From Kudoa neothunni (lineage: Eukaryota; Animalia; Cnidaria): a stretch of DNA of 64,000 nt. The DNA lies in the NCBI GenBank assembly GCA_964304625.1, contig OZ199839.1:7587166-7651165 (forward strand), in the 5' to 3' direction. How positions within the stretch are numbered: the first letter of the stretch is position 1; the number at the start of each line of letters is the position of its first letter. Of this stretch, positions 18,123 to 30,447 are shown piece after piece. Position numbers and translations under genes: made by a program. The notes below the pieces were generated by a model that worked only from the letters and a program-made list of their open reading frames with translations, was not told where the DNA came from and did no database searches.

Positions 18123-21100
18123 CTTCCATTTTACATTTTTGGAACTATTGTCTTTTTTTGGGCTATTTTTTGGCGTTTTTAGCGGCTGCCTTTTATCAGG
18201 AAAGTTAAAGTAAGTTCTTTTATTGTTGTTGCTAATTTTTTAGGTACATACGACGGTTGGAAGATGGAGAATTCACCGAATGTTAGTGAAAACTCCATTG
18301 ACCAATTGAAAGACACGTGTCCCGAACTGTCGCGATCTGTTTTAGTGTACTTCCAGGCCTGGCAGAAAGCTACAGTTAAACGAAGACGTAAACCTCCTCT
18401 CTGTATAAAGGCGAATGAAATCGTAAAGATGGCAGAGCGCTTTAAGAGGTCTAAAGATGAACTTTCCGTTTTATGTCGAGATCGACTGAACCTGCCAAAT
18501 TCCGCGAAATCTCAGAATTCAGAAGATACAGAATTTGTGGATATTTCGATTGAAGCAAACGATGTATCTTATTCAGATCGTGTCGCAATCCGGAAACTGC
18601 AGACAAATCTGTCCAGGAACCGCCGAAGTCTCAACATTTTGTATGATGAGTTTATGACTCTAGTACAGAATGCTGTTGATGATGGTGAGTTTCCGGAAGC
18701 TTTGAACTATAATGACGGTTCTGTTGATATATCAACGGATCTGAAATTATTCTCAGTGCTTGCAGGACAACCCGATCTTATTCCAGCGCCATCGGAAGAT
18801 AGACAGCGCATCGAAGAATGCATCCCACCACGCCAAACTTGAAATACAAGATTGCCAAAGTCTTCTCTAAGTGACAGAAGCGTTGTAAAAGATGTGATTG
18901 TCATTGACGAGGAGAACAAAGCAAACTTGCCACCAAATTAATCGACTAGTCACCATTGATGTGCGCGCAGCCAATGCTGACGCCATCTTCGCCGAATATG
19001 AATGCTAGGGCGGTTTTTGAGGATACGCAACCCCCAATTGATAAGCCCTACGATTTGTTTGGAAGAGTTTTTAATAATATTAATAATCCTAGCGCCGTCG
19101 AATTCGAACAAGCGCCCTCCATTGCAGAAAATGCAATTCGTTCAGTGCTAATTTAACAGTCCGAGGTGATTTTGTCTAATGAGGATCTCGAAGCAGACAA
19201 AATCACCGACAATGCTTCCTCACAATCAGCAGATGATATTCTCAGCAAGACTTTGGAGATCATTGTGGAAAATTTGGAAGAGAGCCCCCAAAAATCCCGC
19301 GCCAAATCGTTTTTCATGGGACCCAACGCAAAGCCAATAAGTAAGATATTCTGCGTTGGTTCCGATGATAATGATGATGGAATTACTGCTCCTACCTCTT
19401 CTCAACCGACTACGAGTTCTCCATCTGTTTCCCGCCCCCATCTTCGTCCCAGGAAGCGTAATCGCATAGAAATGTGCGATGAAACTTCCTCGCTTCCACC
19501 ATTGGCACCCATCACTGACCGTCCAACCAAACGACCGAGATTGGGACCCAACTTCCTTGCGTCCCTTTCTTCACATCCATCTACTGCTTCAACGCCTCCC
19601 CGGTACAATTTTGAGAACTTTAGATGCTCCTACAATAGCTTTGACGCAACAACTCGCCGACTTTATTGAGGAGCAAACAAACAAAATCCCAACTTTCCTA
19701 AGTCAAGATAGATCAGTTAGATCGTTCTTCTGGCGAATTGAGAGAGAAATCTTTCAATTTCGAACCAGAAAACGCTCCTCCTGACTTGAACTTTTCCAAC
19801 ATCGACCCAACACAAGTAAGCTTTCATGTGGCAGATGATACAGCCGAAAATGATGATACTCTCCGTCCACCGCTCCCAACATTGAAGACGACCGAGACAT
19901 TGATGCCATCGCGGAAATTATCACTCAAGGTCAATCCGATCAGCAAGCGAGTGATAATATCCCTCCAAACTCTCCAGCACTGGTTTCTGCTCAAGAAGTC
20001 CTTGACTTTTTGAGGGAGTATAATGGTCGTCAGGCCCCAGTTACTGAGGTTGTGCAAGAAAACCCCATAGATGAGATTCCCTCACAACAACCAGCGTCAT
20101 CGATTGCCGCTGCTGATGTTGATCCTGCTCAACAGCAACAACGTCCTCTTTCAAAATATCAAGAAAGAAAGAACAAAGAGGACGCAATGTTAAAAGCAGC
20201 GGCCAACATGTTGAAGCTTGTTGTGAATCACAACACCAACAACATGGCATGTAACGAGCTGTATGAAAAATTCCTTTCTGCAGCAACCGAACATGCGAAG
20301 CTTCTGAATCTGCACTACGGTCCGCTTGAAAAAAGCGCAGTACAAGGAAATTCAGAAGCTGTGGAAGCACCCCAACCTACTGGCCAACCCAATAAACCTC
20401 CTTTCTCTTACAAGAAGAGCAAATGAGAAGCGCCTGATGGGCTTGTACCGCACTAATATGAAGAAGCGCTATAACGAAGTGGTACAAGACCCTCCGATGT
20501 GGTGTAAAGCTACCCCTACGCAAATTGTAGAAGCTCTCACCCTTCCTCCACCACAAGACATTCCACTTCCAGAATATGTGGAAACGGAAGAAAGAAGACC
20601 CCATGAAGATCCTCTATCCCAACCTGGTGCCTACAACGTGAATGAACCGTACAGCTTCTACTTGAATTACAGTGATCTGTATATCTCGCCGGAAGATGTA
20701 CTCTTCACCTTAGAGAGGGCCGAGAAAGATACCGCATGTGAGACAGACAGCATCCATATGCAATTTTAGAAACGTCTACACCAAATCGAATTTGTTCTGG
20801 CTCCTCTCTTTAATTACATCCTTCGTACGAATACCATCCCAAAAAGTTAACTCGAATCAAGACTGGTGCTAATACCCAATTCCAAAGACGCAGCGACTGA
20901 TAACCCCACTAACTACCGCCCTATCTCAATCACTCAAACAGTCTACCGATTGTTTATGAGTAGCATGAATCGAAAACTCCGTCAGATGATGAAGTTATCT
21001 CCTGCTCAGAAAGGTTTCATTCAAAGTGATGATGTCGAATATGCAGTCACTTTACATGAAATCCCGGACGACTCAAGACGCCACCTTTCCAAAATCAATG

Positions 21101-22997
21101 CTGTCTGGATAGACATCCAAAATCATTTGATTCTGTCCCACACAATCGCATCATCCACCAACTCCGTCGCCACCATGTCCCGACCAATATAGTCAACCTC
21201 ATTTCCATCTGCATGAAGGCTCCTTCAACATCGCAACAGACAAAGAAGGAAACACCTCCAATATCCCACCTCAACGGCCGAGGCGTGAGACAAGGCTGTC
21301 CCCTGTCTCCCCTTCTTGAGGAGATCGTTAACAGTGGTATTGGTTACCCACTCCGTGGGCAGAACATTGGTGTTCAGTACTTTGCTGATGATTTGGTCCT
21401 TCTAGCGAAGACACCTACAGATATGGGTTCCCTCTTAAGAACTGCTGAAGACTCTTTACGAAAACTTCTTTGAGTGTCAACCATTCCAAATGTGCGAGTC
21501 TCAAAGTTAGCTATTTGTATAGCAGAAGAGTCATCAATAATCAATTGTCCAACGCAATCCAACTTTTTGGTACCCACATTCCTCCAATGAAGAACCATTA
21601 CAAATATCTTGGAACTTAATCTAATTTACAATCTTTAAAGATCTCCCACCTGCTCTCGATGATTTTATACAAAAATTGAAGAAAATTTCCAACTCACCAC
21701 TTTTTCCATTCCAAAAGCTCAACATTCTCAAGATATAACACCAATGTTAGACCACGTCATGAAGAATACTATCCTCCGTATTGAAGATCTGGCCAAATTG
21801 ATGCCCTAATTTTACGAAAAGTTCGTCAGTGGCTCAATTTACCCAACTCCTGCACGAAGCATATATTCTATCTACCAAATTCTGCTGGTGGACTCGGTTT
21901 GAGACAACTAACCAAGGATTATGCTGCCTTGAGATTAGCCGCTGGGCTCAATCTGTTGAACTCTACCGATGAACCCATCCAAAAAGTAGCCCGTCTGTCT
22001 CTGGAAGAAATTTGCAACAAGAGGACGAAGAACTCCATGGATCCTCTAACATACCTCCACCTGGATGAAGAACACTGCGTTTCTCGCGACATTAAAAGTC
22101 TTTTTTCTTCGATGCGCTTGAATCGCAAATCTATCAAAGTCGACTTATGCCAACCTTCCGATGATCCTAATCACATAGACATTGATGATGAATCCCTTAA
22201 TTCTCCAATTTTTCCACCCAAGAACCCAACCTTCCGTCCAACTCGTATCAAGAAACTACGATAGCATCTTCAAGCATCTCATCTCAACCTCCTCAAGAAT
22301 CAAGTCGACCAAGGAAGATCTGCTGGCTGCTTCAGTCAACACACCACCTCCAACTCTTGGACCATAACCGGGAACATCAAAGTAAGCTCCTACCGGTTTG
22401 GCCTAATGGAAAGGATAAATGTATTGCCAACGAAGACAGTCCTCCACAAAGCCCAATCCTCGCTTGACACACAGTGTAGACGCTGTTCGTGTCAAGTTGA
22501 AACTTTGGGACACATCTTAAATGGCTGCCCTAACAGCAAAAACCATATCATACTCCGCCACAACGATGTCTTGGAAACCATTGCTTCCAAAATCAAGGTT
22601 GGGAAGAAATATGAGTTAAAGATAGACAAACTCTTCCCTGATAGCATCCTAATTGGTGACCGCCGCCCGGACATACAGCTAATCCATCAAAGGTCAAAAA
22701 GAATCATTGTAGCTGATGTCTCCATTTGCTACGAGTCTTCTCTTGACCGAATGGACCAAGTTCGCAGCCACAAGTTAGAGAAGTATGCCCACGAGTTTGC
22801 CCTCCTAGAGCAATATGGTTGGAAAGTACTCCCAACAGCTCTCATCTACGGATCGTTAGGATCCCACCACCACCTCAACAATCAAGCATATACCCTCCTA
22901 CACATCCAAAATGAACGTAAGATTAAAACTTATGAAAACCATCACCACGTCACTGATTGAGAAGTCTCACATGATTATTCCAAATCATGTGAGAACG
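18087..22997 (+). mobile_element. Retrotransposon copy 5, mosaic, multiply disrupted, 3' UTR deleted
   Basis: ATG at 18264; more than 10 ORF fragments homologous to copies 2-4; ends at ...CATGTGAGAACG fused to copy 6. Confidence 0.93.
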
Positions 22998-25900
22998 CAA
23001 TGGTAATAATTTTGGACTCCCCGCAGCATCATCGACATCTTCGAATCCACTCAATAACTCTGATCCTTCTCCATCCAACTTGCATACCCGATCCAACGAA
23101 GATAACAACGACGATGGAAATGCCGACACAAATGAACAAGATCGTCTCCCCTCCAACCTGACTAAATATCAACGGCGCAAAATGGAAAAAGAGAAACTCA
23201 AGGCGGCTGAAGCGATGATGAAGCACCTAATCAACCATATGGGCTCTTCCGAATCCTGCGAAACCCTGTATTCTAACTTCCTGTCCGCGGCCACAGAACA
23301 CGCAATGGAGCTGAAAATTCACCGTGCTCCCTACACCCGTCCTAACTATAATGATGCGGAAAACAGAGAGGGCAACCCTTATGAAGAGCACAATATCGTC
23401 CGAAACAACAACCCTGCTGATCCGAGCACAACATTTATCAGAAGGATTCAACGCCCCCTAACAAAGAGAGCCCATGAGAGGAGACTCCGTGGACTCTACC
23501 GCACTAACATGAAGCGTTGTTTCCACGAAATAGTGAATGACCCGCCGAGATGGTGCACTGCACCTGCTGACAAAATAGCAGATGTTTTGACCTCAATCTC
23601 ATCTTCCGTTCCTCTACCGACCATCGATGATTCTACTCCTCTACATCCCTTCGCAGCCCAAATTCAATCTGCACTTCCAACTACACCTGAAGATGCGGAT
23701 ATTTACAATTTTCAAAGGAATTATTCCGACCTTCACATAGCCCCCGAAGACGTCCTGTTTGCTCTAGAGAAAGCCAACAAAGACACCGCGGTGGGGACAG
23801 ACGGCATCCAGATGACTTTCTGGAAACGTCTCCCGCAAATTGCATACGTTCTTGGCCCACTCTTCAATTATAATATCCGCTCTAGCATCATTCCTGCAAG
23901 CTGGCTCGAATCAAGATTGGTCTTGATTCCAAAAACTAAAGACGCCGACAGCAATGATCCCCTCAACTACCGTCCGATTGCAATCACTCAAACAGTCTAC
24001 CGACTGTTTATGAGCTGTTTGAATCGCAAACTGCGCTGCGCCCATTGATCAAACTGTCCCCGGCTCAAAAAGGGTTTCTACAAAGCGATGGCTGTGTTGA
24101 ACACGCCTTCACCCTACAGGAGGCCCTTGACGATTTCCGACGCAAACAGTCAAAAATCAACGCTGTCTGGATTGACATCCAGAAAGCGTTTGATTCAGTT
24201 CCACACAACCTCATCATCCATCACCTCAAGAAACAACATATCCCTTCCAACATTACCCAGCTCATCTCCAACCTCTACAACAACAGCTACAACCTAATAA
24301 CTGATAAAGACGGCAACAACTCCAGAATCAATCCTAATGGCCGTGGTGTGAGACAGGGGTACCCCCTGTCTCCACTCTTATTCAATATAGTTATCGACCC
24401 GCTACTGGCTAAGATCAACGAAAGTGACATTGGGTATCCTATCCTCGGTCAAAGAATAGGTGCTCAATGTTTTGCAGACGACCTGGTCCTCTTGACAGAT
24501 GGTGAGGAAGATATGAACCGGCTACTGAAGATACGGAAGATTTCCTTACAACCGCTCAACTTGCGTCAACCACGCCAAATGCGCCTCGCTTAAGGTAAGT
24601 TATTTGTATAGCAGGCGCATTATCAATGAAGATTCATCCCCTTCGCCGAAACTCTATGGAACCGCCACATCACCCATTCAAGACCTACAAGTACTTAGAG
24701 ACCTGCTCCAACCTCCAATCCTTCAAGGATCTACCGCCCTGCTTCAAGAAATTTCAAGAAAATCTCAAGAAACTTTCCAACTCGCCACTGCTACCCTTTC
24801 AGAAGATCAATCTGCTGAAGATCTATATGTTCCCAGCCCTCGACTTCGTGATGAAGAATTAAGTATGACGCCCTCATCCTAAGAAATATCAGAAAATGGC
24901 TCAACTTACCCAACTCTTCGACCACCCCGCCTATTCTACACTCCAAACTGCTCCGGTGGACTCGGCCTTCGCCAGTTGACCAAAGACTATGCTGCCTTAA
25001 GGCTGGCCTCTGGTCTTAATGTGCTCAATTCGAAGGACGAGGCCATCCAGAAGATAGCCCGCCTCTCCTTAGTGAAGAGAGTGGACAACGATCTAAATCC
25101 CAAATGGATCCACTAAGCTACGTCCACGAAGAAACGGAACCCATCATCGCCCGCTATATCCAAAGTCTCCTTTCGTCCATCAGATTAAATCGGAAATCCA
25201 TCAACATATCCCTGTGCCAAAACTCTGACGATAAAGTACACTTGGACATCGATTCAGACTCCTTGCATCCTCCCCTAAATCCATCGAAGAATCCTACCTT
25301 CACCCCTGTTAAGACAAGACACCATTGTTATTAATATCACTATATGTATATCTACAAAGCTGTTTATATATGGAATTTAGGATCCAGAATGTTCTAGAAA
25401 CATCTAAGCCGATGATAGGTTGTTATAGAAGCTTTCAGTGTATTCTATGTTAAACTAGAACCATCTGGAAGCCCTAACAACCCCAACCCGTGTCAAGCAG
25501 CTCCACTGGCACCTTCAATCCATCCACATGAAGGAGTGGACCGATCAACTCGACCAGGGAAGATCAGTCAAATGTTTTGCAGATACGAAGGAAGCGAATG
25601 CATGGACCCGAACTAGAAATATAAAAGTAAGTGCCTAAAGGTTCGGGCTCATGGGAAGAATCAACGTCCTGCCTACCAACACCGTCCCCCACCGTGCCCA
25701 CTCCAACCTGGACACTCAATGCCGACGTTGCGCTCCTGCCAAGTCGAGACCTTAGGTCACGTCTTGAACGGATGTCAACGCGGAAAAGAGTTGATAATCA
25801 AGCGACACGATGCTGTCCTCGACCAAATATTCAACTATAAGAAGAAATAAGGTGAGGCCTACAAATTACGTGTTAATTATAGGTTCCCCTCAATTTCTTC

Positions 25901-26326
25901 ATCTCGTCGACTCGACATCCAAATCCTGCACCAACGATCAAAAACCTAGTCGTGGTTGATATTTTCGTTTGTTATGAATCGAGCTTGGACCGTTTGAACC
26001 AGGTGAGATCCCATAAAATTCGGAAATATGAGCCCGAGTTTGAGCAGCTCCGGAATCTTGGTTACCACGTTCTACCCGCCGCTTTAATCTATGACTCCTT
26101 GGGAAGCCACCTCCACCGAAATGGGGAAGCGTATACACTTCTTCAACTGTCTTCTGAGCGCAAGCGATGAAGCCTTTTGAAGAATGTTACGTCTACCTTG
26201 ACCGAGTGGTCGCACAAAATCTGGAACCACCACATTCGAACTGAAGCATGAAAATCCAATTTCCAACTACACCCCACAACAAAAAATTATTTTTAGATTA
26301 AAAAACAGCTTTACCTGAGTTATTTA
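22998..26326 (+). mobile_element. Retrotransposon copy 6, 5'-deleted, mosaic (A-like then C-like), degenerate
   Basis: Starts at the homologue of copy 2 position ~4126; RT and RLE fragments; ORF-end homologue TGA at 26249-26251. Confidence 0.92.
25307..25479. mobile_element. 173-bp insertion, probable solo LTR
   Basis: TGTTA...TAACA termini; 5-bp TSD ACCCC at 25302-25306 and 25480-25484; absent from the homologous site of copy 4. Confidence 0.8.
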
Positions 26327-26362
26327 AATCCATTAACTCGAGTTCGGGTCTCGGTACGGCCA
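26327..26362 (+). tRNA. Degenerate tRNA 3' half at the last junction
   Basis: AATCCATTAACTCGAGTTCGGGTCTCGGTACGGCCA; 5 substitutions relative to consensus, B box damaged. Confidence 0.75.
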
Positions 26363-27470
26363 CATTGCTTTTTTCTTTTTTGAGCGTATTGTCTATTTAA
26401 TTTATTGGTTTTTTGGCGTTTTTAGCGGCTGGATTTTATTCTGAAAGACCAAGTAAATTATTTTATTGTTGTTGTTGTTGTTATCTTTCTAGGTACACCC
26501 AATCGTTGGAAGATGGAGAATTCGGCAGTTTTGTGTGAAAACTCCATTGATCATTTAAAAGACACGTGCCCCCCTGACGCGAGATGTTTTAATCTATTTC
26601 CAGGCCTGGCAGAAAGCTTCAGTTAAAAGATGTAAACCTTCGCTCTGTATAAAGGAAAACGAAATCGTGAAGATGTCAGAGCGCGTTGAGTGTCAAAGGC
26701 GAACTTTCCATTTATGTCCGAACCGGCCGAAGTTGCTAATTCCTACGAAATCACAGAACTCAGAAGATACGGAGTTTGTGGAAATTCCAGCTGCAGTAGA
26801 AGATGTATCTTATTCAGATAGGGTTGCTATTCGAAAACTGCAGACAAATCTGTCCAGACACCGACGAAGTCTCAACATTTTGTACGACGAGTTCATGACT
26901 CATCTACAGAAAGCTGTAGATGACGCTGAGTTTCCTGTTGAATTAGTGAGCAATGATGGATCTGTCGATATATTGGCAGATCTAAAATTCTTTCCAGTTT
27001 TGCCAAACCAACCAATTCTTAATGATGGTCAATCAAAGAAAAGGCGAGTTATGGAGGCCACCGCAAGTGATGAAATCATACCAAAAGAAGCGCCCAATGT
27101 TGCTCAAAGATTGGAAGATGTTGTTCCTACTTTTAAGGAAGTGGAGAGCGCAACAAAAATTACGAATAATGAGGCGCCATTAAAAACAGACGTGCCCCAA
27201 CCCATTCCACCGTCTGTGCATAATTTCCGTAGTCCAAGGTTATCTTTACCCATTAATAATTAACTATTAACTACTTCTTTACTCAATCTTGCCCAAATTC
27301 TGTTAATTATGATCATTTCTCACATAATACCGATTTTGATTTTAATCAATTCTAACTTAACGTCTCCCATTAAACCAAATTCACATCCAAACTCAACCTC
27401 CGACGTGGAAATAGATAATATTCAGACTCCAGCTCCGATCCCGATCAAAAAAAGATCCAAATTATTCTTC
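26327..27470 (+). mobile_element. Retrotransposon copy 7, 5' fragment only
   Basis: 5' UTR, ATG at 26513 and a frameshifted N-terminal domain (DVSYSDRVAIRKLQTNLSR); no RT follows. Confidence 0.9.
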
Positions 27471-27580
27471 AAAGCGGTCAACCACAACCGAATAATTCTC
27501 TCGCTATGTTGTAATAATATTATACATTGAATGCCATAGAATCTTTCTGGGTTCAGCTCAAACGCAGAATCATCAAAATC
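27470..27580 (+). pseudogene. Merlin/IS1595-like transposase remnant
   Basis: VNH...IH/NAIESFWVQLKRRI (frameshifted) matches the ISXO2/Merlin catalytic Glu motif. Confidence 0.6.
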
Positions 27581-28443
27581 TAGATATGTAATTCAATCAA
27601 ATTTTATTAGCTACCTGCATTAATAATGTTCCTCTCTTTTATGGGAGAAACTTCTTTGTTCACCTGCTATTTAAAGTTTATTACTAAACATTGCTCCCAT
27701 TGAATACTATTAGATTTATTGCGACAAAAAAATTAACAAAAGGATAAGGTGAGTGAGTCTAAATTTCTAACAAATTTAAATATCAAGGCAAAAAATAATT
27801 GTCTAAGGAAAATGATGTTAAAACGCGCAATATTCGCTAATTTATGGTGTGTGGTATCAGAAAATCACCATCTTCTGAATGTTTACTCTATATTTATTCC
27901 CAATTTTTTATAAAAAAAGCTGATGAATACCGAAACCAACGGCAATGCATCCAACCAAAAATAACAGCTTGTAAATTTGAGCAATTCTTCATCTGAATGT
28001 TGAATTGAAAACGTGCGACTCCATCATGTTACAACAGACATTGAATATTCTTTTGTTCTCAAATAAACTTAATTTTAATCAATAAAGATTAATGGTTTTA
28101 ATATTGACGACAAAAATTGAATTTCTCTTATACAACAAAAACTATTTAATATTTAATAACAGAGATTAGAGCTTTACACATGTATAAATATAGTTTCTAT
28201 GAATTCTCTTTATTAATAAATTACCCAATAAAATAAAGATTAAATAAAGAATAAATTCAAACTCTTTTCAATTAGTGTTCTAATTTTTCTATTTTAATTG
28301 CTTTTTAATAATAAATCGCAAAACAAACGTTGAAAAATTGATATCAACAACGGCATCGTCTGAGCATAATGATTCTGAAATTAGATGTTTTGTTATTTCA
28401 GTAAAATTTTAATAATATTGTCTCTGAAGCTACTTAAAATGAT

Positions 28444-30267
28444 GGTAATAGGGTAGGATATGGCAACTAAAAAACACCATTTTGCACTTAGCTTTTTTGC
28501 CGATTCTTTCATAATTATTTATATTAAAATAAAAGAATACCGAGAGGAAGTATTCAGCTAATTATGGTAACAACTAACTTTGGTACAAAATCCCGAATAC
28601 AAACAACACCGTCGGCACACATTAACTTCTACATTTATTATACGCCTTAATGACAATTTATTGAATGAAATATTTAATTTAAATAACAAAATATAAAATA
28701 TTTAAGCGAGTAGTTTATCAAATTTCTCGCGCGCTAGAGAAAATGAGTCCTTTGTGTTTTATTAACGATGGCGATTTTTTATTGATTAATAATCCCATTA
28801 AATTGTTTAATATACTCGTAGAAAAATAATATCTGCTTCCTCTTCATTTTAGATGTAACCACTGTTACAAATTCAATTGTTTTTCCGTCGCCAAAACGAA
28901 TTTGGACGTCGAAAGGCCAATATCTAACATTAAATCACATGATAGGAATGACGTGGATTATTCATTCAGTCATTATTTAAAAAGTAATTATTTTCTACCT
29001 AAATACTAGTCCTAGTATCGCAATTCGAAGATGTAAGACTAGGATATCTCCACGAAGTGGAACTTTCTTTTCAGGTTTGAATTTGGTCCATCCCTCCCCA
29101 AATATAACGGTGAATAAAATATATAAAATTATTTACCATTGGATCATGGATAAAACTATTTTATCTGCCTCCTAAAATATTAATTTGGTAACAAAAACAG
29201 CGGGAGTATGGTTTAAAAAATAAGAAATATTTGCGCTTCTAATTTTCTTCTGCGAAAACCATCTGGTGGCAAGGGGTATGTCATTGAGATTTATGAGATG
29301 CTGCGTCGCAGGAAGCTCAGAAATAATCGAGTCCGATATATAAAGGGAGATTTTTGGAAGACAACCCAAACCAAAGAATTTAATAAAGAATTAATGTTAA
29401 ATTTTATATAATATAATGTTGAACCAACCGGTCAAATAGTAAAACGCCTTAGACTTAAAAACATCATTATTTATAAATTTTCTCCAAAAATTAAGTACAT
29501 TATAGCATATAGCATCAAAAGTTTGACATATAATCGTTTTTTTTATAAATATGAAAAGACTTAACAACAAATTAAAAGACCACATATATCTAAGAAATGA
29601 AGTGAAGAATAAAATATTTAATATTATATTACCAAACTCCTACTTAAGTTGCTTATTTTATTTTGTTAAATTAACTTTCGTTAAGAGTGTTTCTTTAAAA
29701 ATTAATTGTTAAATGATTTTTTTGAAAGATATCGAATGCAAATAAGATCGAAGATTCATTGGATTGTCGCTATAAAAATTTCATCACAGAAGTTTTATGA
29801 TAAAATGATTATAACTTTTTTTACAATTCAAATAAATTAACCAACAAAATACGAAAAATACAAAAAATAATAATTTATTGTAATTTAATTTTAAAAAGTT
29901 CATCGTCGGTATACTAATTATGATAGAGAAGAAAATTTATAATAGGATGTGTACGGTTTAATTAAACGTCTGAGTCGTATAATTATGGAACGACCCATCC
30001 CAAAAAACGTTATTAAGGCGTATAATAAATGTAGAAGTTAATGTGTGCACAACAAAGTATGTTTTCATTGGTTATTGGAAACTTAACGAAGATTTCACGC
30101 GTGCCGACGGTGTTGTATTCGGGATTTGCACCAAAATTAGATGTTACTATAATTAGCTGAATACTTCCTCTCGGTATTCTTTTATTTTAATATAAATAAT
30201 TATGAAAGAATCGGCAAAAAACGATGTGCAAGGAGTGTTTTTAGGTGCCACATCCTACCCTATTACC
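28444..30267. mobile_element. Non-autonomous DNA transposon, probably Merlin
   Basis: ~175-bp TIRs starting GGTAATAGGGTAGGA; perfect 8-bp TSD AAAATGAT at 28436-28443 and 30268-30275. Confidence 0.88.
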
Positions 30268-30447
30268 AAAATGATAATCAGATGAAGAAAGATATCCCCA
30301 ATAATTTGGATGTACTATTCAATTTCAAGTTGGCATGACCCACAACCTCATAAATTAACAGCGGGAAAAATCATAAAATTATTTATTACTGGCGTCTAGA
30401 CAATTCTATTTCTCCTTCTCTAAAATGATTAACGTGGACAAGAAAAG

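Larger units (their letters stand above)
1..27470 (+). repeat. Head-to-tail tandem array of at least 7 RLE-type non-LTR retrotransposons; begins upstream of the window
   Basis: Repeated RT/CCHC/RLE ORFs in the same orientation with a ~5.0-5.6 kb period; the shared junction motif occurs at 1811, 7406, 13041, 18087 and 26327. Confidence 0.97.

Noticed and set aside
250-26266. Many short antisense and alternate-frame ORFs within the array
   Set aside because: They are shadows of the retroelement ORF and recur only because the DNA is repeated.
1811-26362. CRISPR-like reading of the recurring 36-nt repeat
   Set aside because: The spacers are ~5-kb retrotransposons, the repeat is a tRNA half, the DNA is eukaryotic and there are no cas genes.
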